Notes under the pieces: model-generated | Told to the model about the DNA's origin: nothing | What the model saw: the letters and a program-made list of their open reading frames with translations, nothing else | Database searches by the model: none | Shown here: piece by piece, positions 1 to 10,200 of the stretch | Layout of the letters: each line of letters begins with the position of its first letter | How positions within the stretch are numbered: the stretch's first letter is position 1 | Source of the DNA: Chrysomallon squamiferum | Lineage: Eukaryota; Animalia; Mollusca | DNA length: 64,000 bases | Assembly (NCBI GenBank): GCA_012295275.1 | Contig: CM022673.1 | Location: forward strand, 8,804,001 to 8,868,000 | Direction of reading: 5' to 3' | Position numbers and translations under genes: made by a program

Positions 1-99
1 CCGAAATCGTAGAAATATAAATAGTCTAAAAAGGCAATGTTACAATATTGATGTTATTATGCAAAACAAATTTTTAACTTTCGTATTTTCATTGATTAG

Positions 100-527
100 C
101 AGAAACGGCTGATTTGGACGAAGATTCTGAAGTATCTTATGATCAGCTCAAAGAACTGGGACAAGACGAAGAAATATTCTGGACGAGACTTATAGAAAAT
201 CTAGTCGGCAAAGATAAAAATATTGGGGTGAACAAGAACGATTTAGCTGACGGATTAATCAAACTACGACTGAAGGCCGTGCTGGCAATATGTCTCGCTA
301 ACATCGTCTGTATTATCGGCCTTGGAATTTTCTACCAATCATCGGTCGATCATGATAATAAGTTGAGTAGCTTTGTAACAATAAACGGAATTATATACGG
401 ATTTTCGTTCACTGTTCAAGTAGTTGGAATGACAATTTACAGATTTACAGACTGTGTTCACAGACTTGGTAAAATCATTTTTAAAAATGATAAACCACAT
501 TGGGTAACGAGAACAGAAACGTGTTGA
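100..527 (+). CDS. Chitin synthase-like gene, copy A: final coding exon only (rest of the gene lies upstream of the window)
   Basis: Follows a polypyrimidine tract and a TAGCAG acceptor (97-102). Encodes ...DEEIFWTRLIENLVG...GLIKLRLKAV, two hydrophobic segments and ...KPHWVTRTETC*. Near-identical to the last exons of copies B (13078-13493) and C (24420-24838). Confidence 0.9.
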
Positions 528-1109
528 TATTTATATAATAGTTACAACAATGAATTTTGTTAGTCATAAAATAAAAATAAAAAAAAATAAAAAATAAAAA
601 AAATAAAAATGGCGTCGCACGATTGAGTTTCTATTCGACATTACACAAAAATCTTTTTATTTTTTATTTTTTTTTTATTCTTTGTATGTCATTTTTTTTA
701 ATAACAATTATAAAAAGCATACGAGGTAATATCAGTGCACTTTTATTTAATCTCTGCACTTACAAGAAGATAATACATTATTACTACTACTACTACTACT
801 ACTACTAATAATAACAAAAATAATAGTAATAATAATAATAACGATAAGAGTAATAATAAAATAATAATAACAATAACAACAATAATAATAATATAGCTGT
901 TATTATCATTATTAGTACTGTTATTATTCTTATTATCATCATCGTCATCATTAACATTATCATCATCATCATCATCATCTAAATTCATTATTGTTATTAT
1001 TATCAACGACATCATCATCATTAACGTTATCATTATCGTTATTATTACTGGTATTATTGTTATCATCATCATCATTATCGTCATTATTATTAACATCATC
1101 ATCATCTAA

Positions 1110-1152
<43 letters not shown>

Positions 1153-1726
1153 GCTATTCCATTAAAATAAAACAAATTGCTTATTCTGCCTGTGACAAAT
1201 AACATCGTGGTTGATTATTTCTACAAGAGTAATTTTTAACAAATATTTTTAGAACAAGGGAGTGGGTAGGGGATTGTTTAACTGACAATTGGTCACCGAA
1301 GCCGGGGTAATATGAACTGGGTGCTAAGCACAACAGAATAACCACAGACGTCTACACCCGTTTGGTCGTTCTAAAAATAGAATACACCAAACGACAAGTT
1401 CGTGATCCCTAGCCATGCTTCTAGAATTATCGTCGCTGGTTTACGATACCCCTAGTGTTACCGTATCGGGTGTATAACCAGCGGTAAACACGATGTTTGT
1501 GTCTACATTTTGTTTTGCTTGATCCCGTCGCTGTCAATAAATGTATGTATTTTTACTTTATGGCAGGTTCTATTTTTGACGTTAGCGTTGATTTGACGGT
1601 TTCGTGTTAAATAGGAATTTGGAGGACTCCAGCTTGCAAAAAGGTTGGAGATCGTGCACGAACTCTAATCTTTAATTCACGAATAAGCATTCACACTAGC
1701 GGCTGAATGAAAGCGGTGGGAGGGGC

Positions 1727-1891
1727 TTTTATAAATGACGCATGGGAATGGGCGAATGACATTGCACTTCAGTTTTAGAATCTGATCACGTGCGCTGTTG
1801 ATGTCCACTGACAAGTAAGTAGCAGAACTTCTTAATTTGCATGACTGACGTCAGTCTGCGTGTGCGTTGCCACACGAATTTAATGACGTCA
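1727..1891 (+). promoter_or_regulatory. Putative core promoter / proximal regulatory cluster of copy B
   Basis: TATAAA near 1730, Inr-like TCAGTT near 1769, E-box CACGTG 1787-1792, donor-like GTAAGT at 1815, octamer ATTTGCAT 1835-1842, and two perfect CRE palindromes TGACGTCA (1846-1853, 1884-1891). All lie within about 330 bp upstream of the ATG at 2052. Motif matches only. Confidence 0.4.
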
Positions 1892-2051
1892 CTGTTTGTT
1901 AAATAAAAGTTGCCCGAAACTCTTTCACGATTCATTCAAATTTGATTCTTCGATAAGTAAGGCACCAAAAACTGGACTAGTGAATTTGTGAGCGCAAAAA
2001 TATATTTCTAGGACTGTTTTGGTCATTTACAGTTTACCTGTAAACTGAAAT

Positions 2052-2476
2052 ATGCGGGCAGGCCAGGTATTTATTTTATTTTATTTTATTTTATTTTATT
2101 TTATTTTATTTTATTTTATTTTATTTTATTTTATTTTATTTTATTTTATTTTATTTTATTTTATTTTTTTATTTTATTTTATTTTATTTTATTTTATTTT
2201 TATTATTTACTTATTTAATATTTTAATATTTTTTATTTTTTTTTTTTTTTATTTATTTATTTCTTTATTTTTTTATTTATTTGTAAACGAAACATTTGAC
2301 ACTTAGGTTTGTGAATGCTAATGTAGTTTATTTATGGCTAAATAAGTTATCAAGTTTGTCCCTTTTTGCATTTTTGATTTTATTACTATTTCATTCGTTC
2401 ATTCGTTCATTACTTACTTATTTAATTATAATTTTGTTGTTGTTGTTGTTCTTCATCATAATCTTCTTTTCTTCTT

Positions 2477-2507
<31 letters not shown>

Positions 2508-3749
2508 TTATTATTAGTAGTGGTAGTAGTGGTAGTAGCAGTAGTAGCAATATTGCAACTAATATTATTACTGTCACTATTTTTATTGTTACTTTTGTTG
2601 TAATCCTTCTTCTTATTATTATTATTATTATTATTTTATTATTATTATTATTATTATCAATATCATTATCATTACTGCGATGTATAAATATATTCTATAA
2701 TTCAAATAATAACAAAAATAACACACGTTATATACAGTCTTCTTTGATATCAGAAACATTAGCGAATAACTGTTCTTTATCGAACAAAAAAAACCACCAA
2801 ATGTCTGTCACCCAGCGCATTTTAATCGATCTGCAAAGCAGGAAACTTTCCATCGTGTTAATTTCACCTGCCAATAAGTTAATACGGTCCATCTAAACGT
2901 CAACAGACAATGGGGAAAAGATCCCATCACTTTGCCAGAAAGATCAAAGACTTTCTCCACAGATTAAGACGTTTTGGCACTCCTTGACGTTCCAGTAAAC
3001 AGAGATTTTGAGAGCAGAAGCTCGTGGTTTTTGATACTCGATCAGAACTTCCGTGTTTCTGGAATTTCTTTTGTTTCTTGTTTCTGTGTTCCTATCTGTT
3101 CTTGGTTCTAATATGTCAGTTAATTAATTAATTAATTAGCATACATAAATTAATTAATTAATGATCATCAGTATTAGTATGCTGTAAAACTCAGAATCCA
3201 TTTCTAAATGACATTTTCAAAAGAGCTGTATCTATTGGTACGACTTTTTGGTTTAGATCATAACATTTACAAATATGTACGTAAGTGTATATATACATTT
3301 AAATACATGTATGTGTGTGTGTATATATATATATATATTTATAATACATGTATTTACTGTCTTACCAATCCTCAGTCCACAAATAAAAATCTTGCCACAA
3401 AATGGGAAATCTGTATATTTTTTTTTTTTTTTTTTAAATCTCACAGTAGAAACTCTCAATAGTGATCAGTTTATTTACTGTCTTACCAATCCTCAGTCCA
3501 GTAAAAGCACAAAATGGGAAAACAAATCTCACAGTAGTAGTCGTACGAACGCCATTAACGCTGTTAAGTAAACACAGATCGTTTTAAACCGGCCAGGCTC
3601 GAGTTACGTAACATACATAAATGAAGGGCTAAGTTCGTTACGCTTTCTGTAAAGCTTTTTCTTTCGTCAATTTCGTCGATATATATACTTTTTTTTTAAA
3701 TTATATTTGAAATATTAGCTCTAGCTGCAGTAGCGACGGTAGTAGTGGA

Positions 3750-3780
<31 letters not shown>

Positions 3781-6700
3781 AGTACAAATAGTAGTAATAG
3801 TAGGATAAGAGAAGTAAAAATAGGAGTTGTAGTCACTGTAGATATTATTTTACTAGTATTAACAGTAGCAGCTGCAGTAGTAGTGATAGTAGTAATAGTA
3901 CTGGTAGTGTATGTAGTAGTGGTAATGATAGGAAATTGTGATACGTTGTTTTTATAAATTCTTCATATTCTTTAATTTATTTATAATCATTGTGACCAGA
4001 AACATCAGTAGCATTACAGTGCATAAACTTATTAATATATTTGTTATATCGCTATTGCTACGTGCGTTGTAAGTGGTGATAGTTGTTTCTGCATAGAACT
4101 ATGCATGCACTCCGGTCATAGACACTTCTAAATTCCCTAGACATTTTTTTTGTTAAAGATAAATACAAATTACGACATTATAAACATATAAAAATCTGCT
4201 TTTCTTCAATGAGATTTGAACTCACAACATAAGAGATCCAAAGATTATCCTTTTTGCCTCCGCGTCAATAAAAATATTTGCTAAACGGGCGTGTGTTGTT
4301 TCTGGGTTTGTTGGACAGAAAAAAAAAAAAAAAAAAAAAGACTTAGGGTAAATCTGTTTAATTTGGAAGGCTATTACCTCTTTTAATTACCTTGCATCAT
4401 GGTTATTTTAAAAATTTGCCGAGATGTGTGTTCTTTTTTCTTTTTTTTTCTTACCCGTCCCCCCTTTCTTGTTTGTTATTCCTGTCAGTGACATTTAAAA
4501 AATGTCAGTTTTAAGCTAAACGTAGGCCAAGGTATTTTAACGTATAATTTTTATCTCGAATATAATATTTAAAAAAACCGCTTTAAAAAAAATTATTCTT
4601 TATAATTCGAAATAATTCCCTTGTTATTATTATTATTGCTGTTATTGTTGTTGTTGTAGTAGTAGTAGTAGTTGTAGTTGTTGTTGTTGCATTCGTTTTT
4701 AATAAAGTAGCCCAGTAGGACACATTAGTTCATCTGAAGGAAAAAAAAAAAAAAAAATGTCTTCTGTAAATAGCCGTGATGCTATGAACCATTTTCATTC
4801 TTAATTATTAGCAAACAGTGGTTACAAAAAGTTATTTAAAAAATGGTTACGTAAAGTGAGTCCATTTAAAAGGAAAACAGAATGACGAGATGTGAGAAAG
4901 AACAGAGATTTTGACACCACGGAAATCATCGCTTAAAGAACTCGCCAAATGCCAATGCAAACAGCCGAAAGCAATCGGCAGAAAATCTGCGCAAACGATT
5001 TATTGACAAACGATTTCTCCTTCTTCAGAAAACAACATTGTTCAAGTGAGGCATGGCAAGGCGCATATTTCGATCTTTGGTGACGAAATCGTTTTGAAAC
5101 CTGTTGTTTTGTTATCTTAAGTTTTTATTTGTATACATGCTTGTTACAATATTAATGGGTTGATAGTTTACTCGGTCGATATTAATATCGTTAAAGCGCT
5201 TTAGTACATTATGCGGTCTTTGGTGTCGTAACCTACGGAAGTCGTTGGCCTGTTTCTGAATAATATTTAGACTTTCTTTTTATCGTTTATGTTAATAACT
5301 CTTTTCTCCTTTTTAAAAAAAAAATTTAATGAAAATTTCGTTAATTTTATTCATCCACAAGCGGTGTAGCTGAAGTTGCTCAATACTAATTTTATGATCT
5401 TTGGTATCGTCCCTTCTTTGAAAGTTGTGAATTTGTACTTGAATTTAATTTGTTTTCCAGTACACGTTTTGAGCTCTTTGGTTTCATAATTTCTGCAAAA
5501 CTCTTAAGAAATGCTTTTGCACTTAAGTTTAATTTTTCAGTGTTATTTTTTGCAATTTTACCACACTGGTCGTGGCGTACACATCATCACATCGTCTTTG
5601 CTATAGCATCTGCGGCGAGCACCTTTTGCATTATTCTTAATGTTGTTGCGAATACGTCGCTTACCTTATTTTAGTGTGAAAACAGATATTACTTTTTTTT
5701 GCTTTCTATTACCAATAACGCTAAAGTGACTCAGTACACATTATGAGTTCGTTCATGTCACCACTGCTGAGTAAATCTTACACGACTGTTTTAATGCATC
5801 CAGTTTCGCCTTTGTTAAGTTATTTTGGGATTGAAAGAAAAACCAAAGCCACTTCTTTTAAAAGATGCCAGATGAAACTGCCGAGAAAATTGTTGGTTCA
5901 GTCTCTAAATGTGTCTGCATATGAAAATCTTATACCAAATGTATAAAATACGGTAATGTAAAGGTGAATAGACGTTTAAAAACTAATATGACTGAATAGT
6001 TAGTGCATCTGCGTTAAGAATAGTAATCAAATCGTCATTTGTGAAACAAACTCACTGGGTGGATGTTAAATGTGGATAATCAATGCATGAGGTTATGTAG
6101 TTTACATTTTTGTTACTGTTAATATAAATATCTTTAGCATTTTATGACAGACTTTACAACATATATACATACATATATAGATACATAGATAGATAGATAC
6201 ATACATACATATATACATACATACCTACCTACAAAATGATACATACATATATGAATATTGCAATATTCAGTATATTATTAACATACACAGGTAAACTATC
6301 TATGAACTAAATACATATATATATATATTTAATGAGTATATTATTATCTGCAGGTAATTCTCGGATGTGTTCTATGTTTCACAGCCACAGCAATCTTCAC
6401 TGTCACCAAAACCAGCTTACTTTTTTTCTTCTCACAGAAAGTGTCTGTGAATTTACACGAATGGTAAAAATATGTTCTACTTCTTCTTCTCCTTAATTTT
6501 ATTATCATTTCTCTCTAGATACATTATATCGACATAATATTATGTGTGTATGTATGTATGTATGTGTATGTATGTGTGTATGTATATATGTATATATGTG
6601 TGTGTGTATATATGTATGTATGTATTTATGTGTGTGTTTGTATGTCTGTATGTGTATGTGTGTGTATGTATGTATGTATGTATGTATTCGTAAGCTAATG

Positions 6701-7252
6701 CATAGAAATACACACACAAGGAGACGGATACATACACATGTATAAGAAAATGGACATTTATTCAGCTATGCATTTATTTATTTATATATTTATTTATTTA
6801 TTTATTTATTTATTTTAGGTATGCTGCAGTATGTTTTATACTGATAGTACCGGAATTACTTACTCTTTTACGGACAGTGTGGAGTTCCTCATTTCTTGTT
6901 CGAGGTCAGATGACCAAATGGCCACCAATCAAATCTCTTCTTCTTGTGAGTTCTTCTTCTTCTTCTTCTTCTTCTTCTTATTATTCTGGCTCTGTTGTTA
7001 AAATTGACTTTTATCAATTTTCACCCTTCTTTCATTTTCTTCTTTTTCTATTGTTGTTGTTGTTGTTGTTGTTTTAATATTAATTTTTGATTTTATTACT
7101 TTTTATGGTTCCTTCTTTTCTCCTTCTACTTGTCGTTATCATCAGCTCCGTCGTTTTATTCTTCTTGTTATTGTTTTTAGAGACCTTTTAACCCTTTTCA
7201 TATTATTTTGCTTTTGTCATTATTATTATTATTATGATAATCAGATCTTTGT

Positions 7253-7295
<43 letters not shown>

Positions 7296-10200
7296 TTTTC
7301 AGGGCACGTTCGCAACATTGTTGGAATCTGCAGCAGTGACGTTTTTCACTCTCGAAATTGCTCCTCAACTTCCCGTCTACGTCGTTGTGCCGTTAATGAA
7401 CACGTTGCTTTTTCTTCAGATCATCGTCAGCCAGTGGCGACGACGACAGGTACAACTACGTCAACGCATTCTTTATGTCTTTTCAAGACCGTAGATTAAT
7501 GGTGAAGCTCCAATGTAATGTGAATAGATTTTCATAAAAGTTTATGAGAGACGAATGGAATTTTCCCTTGTAATAACTTGCGAATGATATATAAGAGCAG
7601 TTACTGTTTAAGATAAATTACTTTTATGAAGAAAAAAAATAAGAATTTTGTGTTTAGCGAAAAATCAGCACGAGTATATGTATTCTTTATTTAATATGCA
7701 AAACATAGGAATGGAGATGCGGCTATATTCCAAACATTTATTTATTTATTTATTTGTCTCTTTGTTTGTTGGCCTGCCTGCCTGTTTGTTGTTTATTTAT
7801 TTATTGGTTTGTTTGTTTTGAAGACAGCACTTATTTGTTGTTTTTTTAAACTCTAATAGTTCATTACATCTATTCCAGGAAATATTTTTAGCTGACAAAC
7901 CCGATACATCTTCTGTGGGTTCCAGAACTATTTATACCATAGCCGCCATTTTCGGAATTTTGTCCTTCGTTTTGATGTGTATATTGCTGGTCATATTTGA
8001 CGTTGTCGACATCGCTGTTTCCATTTCTCTCTTAGCAGCTACGATGGCACTCTCTGTTTCCTGGTGTCAACCTTTACGAGTGTACATGTTCCAAGCGGAC
8101 GCGGTTTCTATGGCAACTAGACAGAATGCGAGTCTCTTTTACAACGTGCTGAGAATCTTCAGTCTTGGCAGTTTTATTATTTTGATGATTCCTTTGCACG
8201 GAGAAACATCTGTCTCTGAGGCTCCAGGATATCTGTGGAATGGAATTAATTCTTTCGCACAAAACAAAGTCTTGATGTTCACCGTAGCTATAAATCTCTC
8301 TTGTGGGTTTATCGGATACGGAATTACAAGGCTATCTTCATTCTACACAACGACATGGTCCGGTATTTCCATTCCTCTGATGTTTTCTACAGCGTTAGCT
8401 TCAGTTCTGCATGGACTGAACTGCTGGGAAGGTCGCTTCCTGACTCTGGATGAATCTGTTTGTCCAACTGGTGATGGAAGTCTAATCACAGCTGGTTTTG
8501 TTTTTGTTCTCTGGCTTCTTCCAGTGCTGGTTCTTCGCAAAAAGTTCTTTCGTCCGCCTGACGTTCTCTTCAAACCTGAACACAAAACATTTATCACTTA
8601 TGGCTATAATGGTGTATTCTTCGATCAACACATGTATCTACATTATTATCCTTCGTCTGTAGAATATTCACAGAGAATAGTCACGTCAAACGGAAGGAGC
8701 AGGGTGTTTCTGTGTACAACCATGTATCGTGAAGCCGATTATGAAATGGAACAACTTCTTCGAAGCTTGGCGAAAATATCGAAGTCCAAACGGCTGAAGA
8801 AACACAATGTTTATCTGGAATCACATATCTTTCTGGACAATGGCGCTGACGGATTAACGCTAAAAGAATTCGCGCTTCAGTTAATGTCTTTGGTTGAGCA
8901 GTGTCTTTCTGTCGCGCGATCAGACGGTGATATTCATCAAACTCCGTACGGACTTCAGATCTCTTGCACACTGTCAGGCGGCATGCCTCTCTTTCTCCAT
9001 TTCAAGGATCCTGGTAACGTAAAAGCTAAAAAGCGATGGAGTCAGGTCATGTACATGAATTACATTGTCGATCACAGAATTAATGTTACAAATCGTACAG
9101 ATGGTTCTGTTTCTGATAAGATAACGCGCAAGCAAGTGAAACCGTGCAGAAATACAGAAATTATCCTTCAGATCAAAACACTTCTTGCCAATCTGCAGTA
9201 CGATGATGACTGTCATGATGGTTTTGAAAGAAGGTCTATAAACAGCAAATGCGAGTCGGATAGCTCAGATCAGGGAATAGAAACTGGTGATGACATGTCG
9301 GCTGTTTCTGAAGAAATTTCTTCCAACAAAAGAATGACTCTACAAGTTCCAGACTCCAAATATTTATACCCACCTTCTACAACAAGCAGCTGTGCCAATC
9401 TGCTCTCTGTTGATGATCATTCTGGTAAAGGGACACCCTCTCTGTCTAAAGCGTCTTCTCAGATGGATCTAAAGGGACAGGACGAAGAGAGGAAGAGTCC
9501 ATGTCTATCAGTAGTTGGCAGCACATACGCTAGTTTTATTTCGGATTTCCCGACAGCCAAGTTTAACCCGGCTTACGTCCCAGAAGTCAACGAACCTCCT
9601 CCTCCTACCTGGTTATCCAATTTCATCTCCGAGTCGAAAAATACGTGCAATATTCCCAGCTTTTCTTATATTCATAGCTTAAGAAAAGAAAAGGGAACAC
9701 TGAATTTTGGTAATGATGACGTTTCACTGTTTGGCAAGGACTCCGCTGTTGTTGACGTCAACAACGTCCAGGGATATGACGACAGGACGTACATTCTGGC
9801 TACAGACGCGGATATGCATTTCAACGACAAAAGCGTCCTTGACCTTGTGAATACATGCAATAGTGACCTTCGCCTTGGAGCTGCTTGTGGCAGGACTCAT
9901 CCCATGGGCAAGAAATTTCATCCCATTGTCGGCTTCCAGAAATTTGAATATGCAAAAGGTAAACGTAATGAAATAATTAATATATATCAATATATGGAAC
10001 AATAATGTATTTCAGAAATCTTTAGATTTTTTCTACAAGATGGTTGTTAATAATAATAATTTACAAAAAATGAGTATAAACTGAAGTAATTATAAATGAA
10101 TTAAAATAAATATAATTTGTAAAATATATTTTAACAATTGAAGTTAAAGTTTAAATTATTTTTATTTGGTTTTTTACCTTGTCTCTGTCAGGCAGATTTC

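Noticed and set aside
743-1205. ORFs rich in I/M/D/N/L on the minus strand
   Set aside because: They are translations of (ATT)n/(ATC)n trinucleotide microsatellites with no protein-like content.
4205-4270. tRNA gene
   Set aside because: Only a B-box-like GAGTTCAAATC on the minus strand; no cloverleaf could be formed.
8074-10002. Antisense ORFs overlapping CHS exon 5, repeated at 19897-21690
   Set aside because: Shadow frames of the real exon; they recur only because B and C are recent duplicates.
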